32,000 bases of DNA, from positions 7,436 to 39,435 of the forward strand of contig JAZRWA010000038.1 in the NCBI GenBank assembly GCA_045599485.1. The letters are read 5' to 3'. This document shows positions 24,696 through 32,000 of this stretch, piece by piece. The translations under genes and the position numbers were made by a program. Numbering within the stretch: the stretch's first letter is position 1; the number at the start of each line of letters is the position of its first letter. The stretch comes from Clostridia bacterium. Lineage in GTDB: Bacteria; Bacillota; Clostridia; Christensenellales; Aristaeellaceae. A model generated the notes under the pieces. That model did not search any database. It was not told where the DNA came from and saw only the letters and a list, made by a program, of their open reading frames with translations.

Positions 24696-27092
24696 TCAGA
24701 CAATTTTTCCTTTCAGCGTGGTCGTATTGCTGACCTTCTTGAAAAAGAGCATATACACGATCATGGCCAGCACAACCATCGCTGCCGCCAGACCCGCTAC
24801 GTGGACATTGCCCGTAAACAGGCTTCCGAACTGATTGATCATCAGTGCGATCGCGTAGGCAAAGCCGCACTGATAGGTGATGGCAAAGGCCGTCCATTTA
24901 CGGTTGTTCATCTCGCGCCGGATAGCGCCGATGGCGGCAAAGCAGGGCGCGCACAGCAGGTTGAACACCAGGAAGGAATAGCCCGTCACGCTGCTGAAGG
25001 CCTGAGCGAGTGCCTGCCAGGCAGTCAGGTCGCCGCTGCCATAGAGAATGCCCAGCGTGCCGACAATGTTTTCCTTGGCCACAAGACCTGTGATGGAAGC
25101 CACTGCCGCCTGCCAGTTGCCCCAGCCCAGCGGAGCAAAGATCCAGGCGATGCAGTTCCCGATGAACGCCAGAATGGAAAGGTGCAGTTCCTCCTCCCCC
25201 AGCATACGGAAACCTTCCTCCGTGAAGCCAAAGAAGCTGGTAAACCACACCACGATGGTGGACAGCAGAATGATCGTTCCCGCCTTTTTGATAAAGGACC
25301 AGCCGCGTTCCCACATGGAGCGAAGCACATTGCCCGGCGTCGGCCAATGGTAGGCGGGCAGCTCCATCACAAAGGGCGCGGGGTCGCCGGCAAACATTCT
25401 GGTCTTCTTCAGCATGATGCCGGAGATGATGATGGCCGCCAGACCGATAAAGTACGCGGAGGTGGCCACCCAGGCAGCTCCGCCAAAGACGGCGCCGGCG
25501 ATCATGGCAATAAACGGCACCTTGGCGCCGCAGGGAATAAAGGTGGTGGTCATGATCGTCATGCGGCGGTCGCGTTCATTTTCAATGGTACGGCTGGCCA
25601 TGACGCCGGGTACGCCGCAGCCGGTGCCGATCAGCATCGGGATAAATGATTTACCGGAAAGGCCAAACTTGCGGAATACACGGTCCAGAACGAAAGCAAT
25701 ACGCGCCATGTACCCGCAGGCCTCCAGGAAAGCCAGCAGCAGGAACAGCACCAGCATCTGCGGAACAAAGCCCAGCACAGCGCCAACGCCTGCCACAATA
25801 CCATCCAGAATCAGTCCCTTGAGTACTTCGGATGTGTTCAGCGCGTCCAGACCGCGTTCTACCAGCACCGGAATACCGGGCACCCAAACGCCATAGTCCG
25901 CCGGGTCGGGCTCCTCCCCCATCTGTTCCAGCGTGTTCTTTGCATTCTCATAGTCCTGCAGGGTTGCCGTCTCCACCATCTGCTCCAGCGTTTCCTCATC
26001 CTCCACGACATAGGGGAATGCATCGGTCGGGGCGGTGCCGTTCGCTGTTACATAGGCGTCATAGCCGCCCGCAATGGCAGAGGCCTCGGCATAGGCTTCG
26101 GCTGCCTCTTCATAGCCGCCGTCGCTGCCGATGTGGAAGCCGTCTCCAAAAATGTTATCGTTCGTAAAGTCGGTCAGCATAGCGCCCGGGCCCACCATGG
26201 CGATCCAATACACCAAAAACATGATGATCGCAAAAATGGGCAGACCCAGCCAGCGGTTGGTCACCACTTGGTCGATCTTATCCGAAACCGACAGTTTTCC
26301 CTTATTTTTCTTTTGATAGCACTGCTGAATGACCTTGGCAATATAAAGATATCGTTCGTTGGTGATGATGCTTTCCGCGTCGTCGTCCAGTTCCTTTTCC
26401 GCTGCCGCGATGTCGCCTTCAATGTGCAGCAGCGTCTTTTCGGGGATGGACAGTGCCGCCATCACCTTTTCATCGCGTTCAAACACCTTGATCGCGTACC
26501 ACCGCTGCTGCTCCTCGGGCATATCATGCACAGCCGCTTCCTCAATGTGTGCCAGCGCGTGCTCGACAGGGCCGGAAAAGGTGTGCATGGGAACGGTTCT
26601 GGTGCTCTTCGCCGCGGCGATCGCCGCTTCCGCTGCTTCCATGACGCCCATCCCCTTCAGGGCGGAAATCTCCACAACCTTGCAGGCCAGCTTTGCTGAA
26701 AGTTCCTCCGTGCGGATCCGGTCGCCGTTTTTCTGTACGATGTCCATCATGTTGAGGACGATCACCACGGGGATCCCCAGTTCCGTCAGCAGCGTGGTCA
26801 GGTACAGGTTGCGTTCCAGATTGGTGCCGTCAATGATGTTCAGAATCACGTCCGGCCGTTCCCCCAGCAGATAGTTGCGGGCGACCACTTCCTCCAGCGT
26901 GTAGGGAGAAAGCGAATAGATGCCGGGCAGGTCGGTAATGATCACATCATCGTGCTTTTTAAGGCGTCCTTCCTTTTTTTCGACGGTCACGCCGGGCCAG
27001 TTGCCCACAAACTGATTGGAGCCGGTCAACGCGTTGAACAGCGTGGTCTTGCCGCTGTTCGGGTTTCCGGCCAGTGCAATTCGTATACTCAT
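24696..27092 (-). CDS. feoB: ferrous iron transport protein B
   Basis: 798 aa with the N-terminal G domain (GNPNSGKTTLFNALTG, DLPG, NMMD) followed by a polytopic membrane domain. Confidence 0.9.
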   Translation of the reverse strand: MSIRIALAGNPNSGKTTLFNALTGSNQFVGNWPGVTVEKKEGRLKKHDDVIITDLPGIYSLSPYTLEEVVARNYLLGERPDVILNIIDGTNLERNLYLTTLLTELGIPVVIVLNMMDIVQKNGDRIRTEELSAKLACKVVEISALKGMGVMEAAEAAIAAAKSTRTVPMHTFSGPVEHALAHIEEAAVHDMPEEQQRWYAIKVFERDEKVMAALSIPEKTLLHIEGDIAAAEKELDDDAESIITNERYLYIAKVIQQCYQKKNKGKLSVSDKIDQVVTNRWLGLPIFAIIMFLVYWIAMVGPGAMLTDFTNDNIFGDGFHIGSDGGYEEAAEAYAEASAIAGGYDAYVTANGTAPTDAFPYVVEDEETLEQMVETATLQDYENAKNTLEQMGEEPDPADYGVWVPGIPVLVERGLDALNTSEVLKGLILDGIVAGVGAVLGFVPQMLVLFLLLAFLEACGYMARIAFVLDRVFRKFGLSGKSFIPMLIGTGCGVPGVMASRTIENERDRRMTIMTTTFIPCGAKVPFIAMIAGAVFGGAAWVATSAYFIGLAAIIISGIMLKKTRMFAGDPAPFVMELPAYHWPTPGNVLRSMWERGWSFIKKAGTIILLSTIVVWFTSFFGFTEEGFRMLGEEELHLSILAFIGNCIAWIFAPLGWGNWQAAVASITGLVAKENIVGTLGILYGSGDLTAWQALAQAFSSVTGYSFLVFNLLCAPCFAAIGAIRREMNNRKWTAFAITYQCGFAYAIALMINQFGSLFTGNVHVAGLAAAMVVLAMIVYMLFFKKVSNTTTLKGKIV

Positions 27093-27123
27093 ATGCTTCC
27101 TTTCCGCTTCAGTGCGTTTGTAA

Positions 27124-27137
27124 TTAGTTGTGACTAA
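27124..27137. promoter_or_regulatory. third copy of the TTAGT..ACTAA palindrome, between feoA and feoB
   Basis: TTAGTtgtgACTAA, 32 nt upstream of the feoB ATG. Confidence 0.3.
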
Positions 27138-27149
27138 CCTTCATTCCTG

Positions 27150-27171
27150 AAAAAATGCCGGTTCCTCCGGC
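27150..27171 (-). terminator. short hairpin plus T-run between feoA and feoB (possible internal attenuator)
   Basis: Minus strand GCCGGaggaaCCGGCatttttt, immediately after the feoA TAA. Confidence 0.35.
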
Positions 27172-27393
27172 TTATTCCACTTCGATCATTTCGGCTTCCG
27201 CTTTGCGGATCGACAGTTCATAGCCCCGAACCGTCACCTCGATGGGGTCGCCCAGCGGCGCCACCTTCCTGACAAAAACGGGGGTCCCCTTCGTCAATCC
27301 CAGATCCATGATCCGCCGCTTGACAGTGCCTTCCCCATGAAGCTTTAGCACAACAGCATGCTCTCCAACGGCTGTGTCCCTGAGTGTTTTCAT
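27172..27393 (-). CDS. feoA: FeoA family protein
   Basis: Start is MKTLRDTAVGE at 27393 (AAAGGAG RBS). FeoA SH3-like domain (RRIMDLGLTKGTPVFVRKVAPLGDPIEV). Confidence 0.8.
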   Translation of the reverse strand: MKTLRDTAVGEHAVVLKLHGEGTVKRRIMDLGLTKGTPVFVRKVAPLGDPIEVTVRGYELSIRKAEAEMIEVE

Positions 27394-27415
27394 CCTGTTT
27401 TCTTGCTCCTTTCCA

Positions 27416-27628
27416 TCATTCGACCATGATCTTCGCCGCCAGCTCGTTGCTGACCGCCACACGGCTTTCCTTTACCTTGACGATCAGATTGCCGCCCAGC
27501 GCGTTGACAATGCTGACCTCCCCGCCAACACAGAAGCCAAGGTTTTCCAAGTGCTTTTTCACCTCGGGGCTGCCCCCGATCCTTTTGATGATCTGCGTTT
27601 CCCCGATGTTTGCCAATCCAAGCGGCAC
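27416..27628 (-). CDS. feoA: FeoA family protein
   Basis: 70 aa with a GTG start and GGAGGAGG RBS. Sequence: LANIGETQIIKRIGG..KKHLENLGFCVGGEVSIV. Confidence 0.75.
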   Translation of the reverse strand: MPLGLANIGETQIIKRIGGSPEVKKHLENLGFCVGGEVSIVNALGGNLIVKVKESRVAVSNELAAKIMVE

Positions 27629-27670
27629 ACTGTCTTCCTCCTCCGTCTTTTGCGGTTCAAGTTTTTGTGG

Positions 27671-27688
27671 TTAGTTACGTTTAACTAA
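27671..27688. promoter_or_regulatory. candidate metalloregulator operator (TTAGTTA-cgtt-TAACTAA)
   Basis: A 7-4-7 inverted repeat just downstream of the feo -10 element. Confidence 0.45.
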
Positions 27689-27696
27689 TCACTGAC

Positions 27697-27725
27697 ATTA
27701 TAGTTATTTATAACTAACTTTTCAA
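27697..27725 (-). promoter_or_regulatory. sigma-A promoter of the feo operon (TTGAAA-17 nt-TATAAT)
   Basis: The minus strand reads TTGAAAagttagttataaataacTATAAT. The spacer and the +1 region are occupied by palindromes (see the operator features). Confidence 0.65.
27701..27716. promoter_or_regulatory. candidate operator (TAGTTAT-tt-ATAACTA) inside the feo promoter spacer
   Basis: A 7-2-7 inverted repeat sharing the TAGTTA/TAACTA half-site with 27671..27688. Confidence 0.4.
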
Positions 27726-27771
27726 GTACATTTTTTCATCTTTTGTATCCTTTTCATCTCCAAAAGGCATT

Positions 27772-27818
27772 GAAAACGCACCTTTTCCCGCGGTTTCCCT
27801 CCACGATAAAAGGTGCGT
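27772..27818 (-). terminator. terminator-like hairpin downstream of the SH3 lipoprotein gene
   Basis: Minus strand CGCACCTTTTatcgtggagggaaaccgcgggAAAAGGTGCGtttt: a 10-bp stem with a large loop. Confidence 0.5.
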
Positions 27819-27840
27819 GTCATTTTCGGCAGATGGTTCT

Positions 27841-28839
27841 TCAGCCGTTGCCCTCGCCAAATTCGCTCGCCCGGCAGAAGCCGACCTGTCCGTCACTCGT
27901 CATCACGATCAACCATTCCTCTCCCTGAACGCCAATGATCATATCCTCCGAATAAAGACCGGCACTGCCGATGATCTCCGAGGAAACCTCCGGTTTTTCA
28001 TAAATGGCGGGGCCGTTCTTTGCGATGTAGAAATCCTCTCCGGGCATCAACTGCGGAAAAGCACACACCACCGCCGCCTTCTGTTCTCCAAAGGCCAGAT
28101 ATGCCGTCATCATGTACCCGGTCAGGCTGTGCTCCCCGGTACCAATACGCACCAGTGACCACTGTTCTCCCTTCTCCAACACCACCACTGGTGTGCGATT
28201 GTAGAATTTGCCCAGCGAGGCAGCAGACTGATTTGCCGCCGAGCGCAGGTGCAGTCGGTCATCCGCATTCCGGTTATTCACATAAGCAAAACTTTCCGTA
28301 TCCAGCAGCTGTCTTGCCTCCGCTTCAGTCATGGGCAGCAGGGTAAGATCCGCCTCCTGCAGCAGTTTGCCCGTGGGCATCGTGCTGTGCCACAGGCCGT
28401 AATCCACGCCGTCATTGCGTCCGGGTACAGACGCGTCCATGCAGATACCCTCTTCTGTCAGGAGCATCAGCCTCTCATGCCACAGCTCCACTCCTTCGCA
28501 CACCCAGCGTCCCTGTCCCTCATGGACGATCACAATGCATATTTCCGTTGTGCCATGAACTGTCCCCAGCAAAAGCTCTTGGGGGCCGCTATGCCACGTA
28601 TCCAGCCAGTAGCTTACGGGCAGCGGTCCCGAGGTGACCGTGCCGCCATCCTCCTCCATGATCCGCAGATAGCGGCAGCCCGCTGCGGGGTCCTCCGCCA
28701 GTACCGCTACTGCCGCCTCTTTTTCTTCCTGCGCGATCAGCGTCTCGCCCTCACGAAGCAGGAAGGAAGCGTCCACCTCTGCCGCCGCGGCCCCGCATAG
28801 CAAAAGCATCAGGAACAATACCGTCATTATCTTTTTCAT
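27841..28839 (-). CDS. lipoprotein with bacterial SH3-like domain, function unknown
   Basis: 332 aa with lipobox-like MKKIMTVLFLMLLLCGAAA. SH3b-like segment: RLHLRSAANQSAASLGKFYNRTPVVVLEKGEQWSLVRIG. Confidence 0.55.
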   Translation of the reverse strand: MKKIMTVLFLMLLLCGAAAAEVDASFLLREGETLIAQEEKEAAVAVLAEDPAAGCRYLRIMEEDGGTVTSGPLPVSYWLDTWHSGPQELLLGTVHGTTEICIVIVHEGQGRWVCEGVELWHERLMLLTEEGICMDASVPGRNDGVDYGLWHSTMPTGKLLQEADLTLLPMTEAEARQLLDTESFAYVNNRNADDRLHLRSAANQSAASLGKFYNRTPVVVLEKGEQWSLVRIGTGEHSLTGYMMTAYLAFGEQKAAVVCAFPQLMPGEDFYIAKNGPAIYEKPEVSSEIIGSAGLYSEDMIIGVQGEEWLIVMTSDGQVGFCRASEFGEGNG

Positions 28840-28941
28840 TGAAAAACCTTCCTTTTGTGTTGTTTCACTCTATATAACGGACCATATGCCGTCCTTGTTG
28901 CAAGAAGAATGATTGTTTACAATTGTCGTTTCAAAGCACAC

Positions 28942-28978
28942 AAAAACGCCGTATTCCTCATCCGACACGGCGTTTTTT
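28942..28978 (-). terminator. intrinsic terminator downstream of the GNAT gene
   Basis: aaaaACGCCGT-14 nt loop-ACGGCGTttttt, usable in both orientations. Confidence 0.65.
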
Positions 28979-29000
28979 GTCTTTGTTCATTCGATCGCTT

Positions 29001-29498
29001 TCACGCATTGTATTCTTTCGGGCGCTGAAACGCTTCCCGGGGCGTTCCGTCATCCACATAGATCACGCCGCAGCGGATAAAGCCGCACTTTTTCAGCGCG
29101 TTCTGCATGGGAATGTTGTCCGCATGCGTATCCGCACGCAGGTCCATGCCCCGCTGGGCAGCAAACCGTACCGCCTCCTGCAGCACGCCGCGCAGTTTGC
29201 CGTCACTGCCGATGCGATGAATACACACATACGCATCGTCGTTCAGCCACGCTCCGTCCTCGATCACGGCATAGGTGGGGTCGGGTCCCTCAAACAGACT
29301 GAACACCGCGTGTACCTGCCCGTCCTCCTCCGCCACAAAGCAGTGCCCGCCGCGCATATCCGCGGCGAAAAGCTCACGGGAAGGATAACCGTTCACCCAC
29401 TGCGCGGCATTTCCGTGCGCGCGCATAAAAGCCCTCGCAGTGTCGATCACCTGTACAATGGCGTCCAGATCCTTTTCCTCACCCGGTCTGATGTGCAT
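29001..29498 (-). CDS. GNAT family N-acetyltransferase
   Basis: Start is MHIRPGEEKDLDAI at 29498 (AGGAGGGG RBS). Acetyl-CoA-binding-type segment: IHRIGSDGKLRGVLQEAVRFAAQRG. Confidence 0.75.
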   Translation of the reverse strand: MHIRPGEEKDLDAIVQVIDTARAFMRAHGNAAQWVNGYPSRELFAADMRGGHCFVAEEDGQVHAVFSLFEGPDPTYAVIEDGAWLNDDAYVCIHRIGSDGKLRGVLQEAVRFAAQRGMDLRADTHADNIPMQNALKKCGFIRCGVIYVDDGTPREAFQRPKEYNA

Positions 29499-29526
29499 AC
29501 TCGTTCCCCTCCTTGCATTCTTTCGG

Positions 29527-29555
29527 ATTATAGCATACCTGTCCGTCCTTGACAA
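29527..29555 (-). promoter_or_regulatory. candidate promoter of the GNAT gene (TTGTCA-17 nt-TATAAT)
   Basis: The minus strand reads TTGTCAaggacggacaggtatgcTATAAT. Confidence 0.5.
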
Positions 29556-29570
29556 GCGTTGCCGAAGTGT

Positions 29571-29612
29571 AAAAAAAAGGAGGGTGCCCTCCTTCCGGAA
29601 AAGGCACCCCCT
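29571..29612 (-). terminator. intrinsic terminator after the padR operon
   Basis: Minus strand GGGGTGCC-loop-GGCACCCTcctttttttt. Confidence 0.6.
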
Positions 29613-29621
29613 TCAGCTTCT

Positions 29622-30761
29622 TCAGCCGTTGGCCTCTTCTTGATCCTGCTCACTCGTTTCGGCTTCTGTCTCCGGCTCCTCCGACTCTTCTTCCTCGGCA
29701 AAGGAAACATGAATGGAGCCGTTGGAGGTCAAAATATCCAGACTGCGCTCCCCGGAAAAGGAATCCGCCAATGAAGAAGTGCCGTTGGAGACCCGGGTAT
29801 GCACCCTGTACAGGCTCTGCGGCCCCTTGACCGTGCCGTTTACCCCGGCGTTGCTGGTCGCGATACGGATTTCAGGGGCATCGATCAGCTTCGTCTCCAC
29901 CTGTCCGTTGCTGGTTTCCAGGCGCAGCAGAGCATCCGACAGCACATTCACCGCGCTGACGCGGCCGTTGCAGGTCATCGCCTCCAGGGAAGAGCGGGCG
30001 TACACATTGTTCATTTCAATGCGGGCGTTGGCGGTCGCGGCGCTGATAGCACCCGCCCCCACATCGGTCAGCGTCACACGCCCATTGGTGGTCGCTGCAC
30101 GAAAATCACCGCTGCAGCTGATGTTTTCCGCCACCACACGGGCATTGCGGTTTTCCACCGTCACAGCGCCGCAAAATGCCCGCGGCAGCGTCAGCACAAT
30201 GGCGCTGCTCTCATCGCTCAGAATGCCCGCCGTGGTCAGCACATTGCGGCCAAACTCTCCAATGCTGTTCAGCACACTGCCGATTCCTTTGAGCAGCGAA
30301 TCCAGCGTAAAGTTCTGCGGGGCAGCTTCATGGACAAAGCTGGCGATGGGACGGTTCTGATGCTCCAGCGTCAGCGTTCCGTTTTCATCGTGCAGCTCAA
30401 ACACATCGTTTCCGCCGATCTGATAGCGGATTTTGATCATATCATCCACAGCGCTCTCAATGCGCACCTCGCGGTTTTGCGCGCGGATGACCACATGGCT
30501 GTAATCCGCCGCCGGACGGCTTACCTCGGCAGCAGTGCCCATATTCTCTTCCTCCTGCGGCGCGGGCTCCGCCTCGTCCAGTACACGGGCGGCGATCACC
30601 TCAATGGGCTCCATGGAGCGCACCGCCTCTTCCTCGCTCATGCCGGCTTCCATGCGGTCCTGCAAAATTTCGTCATAATAAGACAGCACACCGGCGCGCT
30701 CCTCTTCCTGCATGGAAGTCAGGGCGTTTTCCAGCGCTTTCAGAAAAGCGTCTCTGGTCAT
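29622..30761 (-). CDS. DUF1700 (HAAS-type, PadR-associated) N-terminal domain plus DUF4097 beta-strand-repeat protein
   Basis: 379 aa. The N-terminus, MTRDAFLKALENALTSMQEEERAGVLSYYDEILQD, is typical of DUF1700. The C-terminal half carries repeated NG.V / N..V strands (DUF4097). It overlaps the padR stop by 4 nt. Confidence 0.7.
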   Translation of the reverse strand: MTRDAFLKALENALTSMQEEERAGVLSYYDEILQDRMEAGMSEEEAVRSMEPIEVIAARVLDEAEPAPQEEENMGTAAEVSRPAADYSHVVIRAQNREVRIESAVDDMIKIRYQIGGNDVFELHDENGTLTLEHQNRPIASFVHEAAPQNFTLDSLLKGIGSVLNSIGEFGRNVLTTAGILSDESSAIVLTLPRAFCGAVTVENRNARVVAENISCSGDFRAATTNGRVTLTDVGAGAISAATANARIEMNNVYARSSLEAMTCNGRVSAVNVLSDALLRLETSNGQVETKLIDAPEIRIATSNAGVNGTVKGPQSLYRVHTRVSNGTSSLADSFSGERSLDILTSNGSIHVSFAEEEESEEPETEAETSEQDQEEANG

Positions 30762-31069
30762 TTGCTTTCCCTCCTGATAAACTCATAAACTTTCATGACT
30801 TCCTCCCATTCGCGAAGGAAATCCCCGATGCGGCTGCGGCCGATATCCGTCACCGCGTAATACTTGCGCAGCCTGCCGTTATGCTCCATGGTGTACACGG
30901 TCAGGGCACTGTCTGCCTCCAGACGGCGCAGCACCGGGTACAGGGTGGATTCCGATACCGCCATCACCTCTTCCAGATCCTTCACCAGCTGATATCCGTA
31001 GGAATCGCCATAGGTCAGCAGCTTCAGGATGCAAGCCTCCGTCAGACCACGTTTTAACTGATTATCCAA
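30758..31069 (-). CDS. padR: PadR family transcriptional regulator
   Basis: 103 aa with a TTG start and GAGGAGG 8 nt upstream. Winged-helix signature: ILKLL..GDSYGYQLVKDLE.....SESTLYPVLRRLEADSAL. Confidence 0.85.
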   Translation of the reverse strand: MDNQLKRGLTEACILKLLTYGDSYGYQLVKDLEEVMAVSESTLYPVLRRLEADSALTVYTMEHNGRLRKYYAVTDIGRSRIGDFLREWEEVMKVYEFIRRESK

Positions 31070-31114
31070 TGCGTGAACCTCCTCAAGGGATTCATATTAT
31101 CGTTAACGCAATAA

Positions 31115-31162
31115 CCCCTTGGCAACAATACTATACATCGCATAGTATTATCTGTCAAGGGG
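31115..31162. repeat. long imperfect inverted repeat (about 20-nt arms, 7-nt centre)
   Basis: CCCCTTGgcaacaATACTATacatcgcATAGTATtatctgtCAAGGGG. It overlaps the padR promoter and lies just 3' of the ygiQ stop. Confidence 0.7.
31130..31158 (-). promoter_or_regulatory. candidate padR promoter (TTGACA-17 nt-TATAGT)
   Basis: The minus strand reads TTGACAgataatactatgcgatgTATAGT. The ATACTAT..ATAGTAT inverted repeat covers the spacer and the -10 element. Confidence 0.55.
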
Positions 31163-31168
31163 TATTTT

Positions 31169-32000
31169 TTATCTTTTTTTATTTGCACCCGGTCGGGAGC
31201 GCGTCAGCCGCTCCTCATGCCCGCGCGGGGGCTGCACCAGGCAGCCCGGCCCGTAACCGATCAGGTCTTCCCGCCCGCAGTTGCGCAGGGCCTCGCGGAT
31301 GAGCGCAAAATTCTACGGTTTTTTCCATTGCAGCAGCGCACGCTGCATATCCTTTTCTTTCTGTGTGGTAGGTACATATACCGGCTTCATCGTTCTCGGG
31401 TCAATGCCGGTATAATACATACAGGTGCTCAGCGTGCCCGGTGTCGGATAAAAATCCTGCACCTGCTCGGGCTGCACGCCCTTACGCTTCAGGTACAACG
31501 CCAATTCGACAGCATCCCGCATGGTACTGCCGGGATGGCTGCTCATCAGATAGGGCACCAAAAACTGCTTCATGCCCAGCTGACGGTTCACCTGTTCATA
31601 CTGGCGGCAGAACTCCTCGTACACCGCGTTGCGGGGTTTACCCATACACTGCAGGGTGTGATCGGCAATGTGCTCCGGCGCTACCTTCAATTGTCCGCTG
31701 ATGTGGTGCGCGCAGAGCTCCCGCATTACCCGCTGACGATCCTTGTCCGCCAGAATGTAGTCAAACCGCAAGCCCGATCGGATAAACACCTTTTTGATGC
31801 CCGGAATTTGCCGCATCCGCCTCAGTGTGTGCAAAAAATCCTCATGACTGACTTCCATGTTGGGACAGGGCTCGGGGAACAGACACTGCCGGTTCGGGCA
31901 ACAGCCATGCTGCAGCTGTTTTTTGCAAGCAGGCTTGCGGAAATTCGCCGTCGGTCCGCCCACATCGTGGATGTACCCCTTGAAGTCGGGGAAGGTGGTC
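31169..32000 (-). CDS. ygiQ: YgiQ family radical SAM protein (UPF0313), C-terminal part, with one in-frame TAG (5' end beyond the right window edge)
   Basis: Track ORF 31313..31963 (..[16 protein letters not shown]...VAPEHI...LMSSHPGST...ALLQWKKP) stops at a TAG. The same frame continues [31 protein letters not shown]... for 47 codons to TAA at 31169..31171. I translated this base by base and it resembles the conserved YgiQ C-terminal tail. Confidence 0.8.
31313..31315 (-). other. in-frame TAG codon in ygiQ
   Basis: Minus strand ccg TAG aat. It lies 144 nt (48 codons) upstream of the TAA in the same frame. Confidence 0.8.

Noticed and set aside
24485-24703. Full 72-aa version of the Cys-rich ORF overlapping the feoB stop
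   Set aside because: The upstream 8 codons overlap feoB. The internal Met at 24679 has a proper RBS and lies after the feoB TGA, so the shorter form was called.
1-32000. Mobile elements, prophage remnants, CRISPR arrays, rRNA or tRNA genes
   Set aside because: I recognised no transposase, integrase or recombinase ORF, no terminal inverted repeats flanking a cargo, no regularly spaced direct repeats, and no rRNA- or tRNA-like sequence in any intergenic region.

Overview
GC-rich, gene-dense chromosomal segment that looks like a Clostridia-type (Oscillospirales-like) Firmicute; the taxon is inference only. I call 31 protein-coding genes, one TPP riboswitch, and several sigma-A-type promoters and intrinsic terminators. 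I found no rRNA, tRNA, CRISPR array or mobile element. Gene order: argS (partial, -); a divergent amidotransferase-like hydrolase plus metallophosphoesterase operon (+); DUF4349 (-); srtB-DUF4886-nitroreductase-rarA (-); a 5-gene operon of circularly permuted ATP-grasp, alpha-E, transglutaminase and two AstE/AspA-type M14 proteins (+); a large adenosine-deaminase-family fusion protein and malic enzyme (-); oppABCDF plus a secreted Cys/His protein (+); TPP riboswitch-thiT (+); feoA-feoA-feoB-Cys-rich peptide (-); an SH3 lipoprotein, a GNAT, and padR-DUF1700/DUF4097 (-); ygiQ (partial, -). Main finding: TAG does not behave as a stop codon here. Four conserved genes (metallophosphoesterase, rarA, the deaminase fusion, ygiQ) carry six in-frame TAG codons between them. 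In each case homologous protein sequence resumes immediately in the same frame, with no frameshift and no in-frame TGA or TAA. All 30 genes whose terminator lies inside the window end in TGA (20) or TAA (10), and none ends in TAG. This fits amber-codon reassignment or very efficient genome-wide suppression in a bacterial chromosome. The decoding tRNA and the release-factor genes are not in this window, so the inserted amino acid cannot be determined here. Secondary points: the ATP-grasp/alpha-E/transglutaminase operon pairs an intact with a degenerate M14 protein; TTAGT..ACTAA palindromes bracket the feo promoter; the padR promoter is embedded in a long palindrome. The long H/G/A/D/Q-rich ORFs lying opposite real genes in the ORF track are antisense shadows and were not called.
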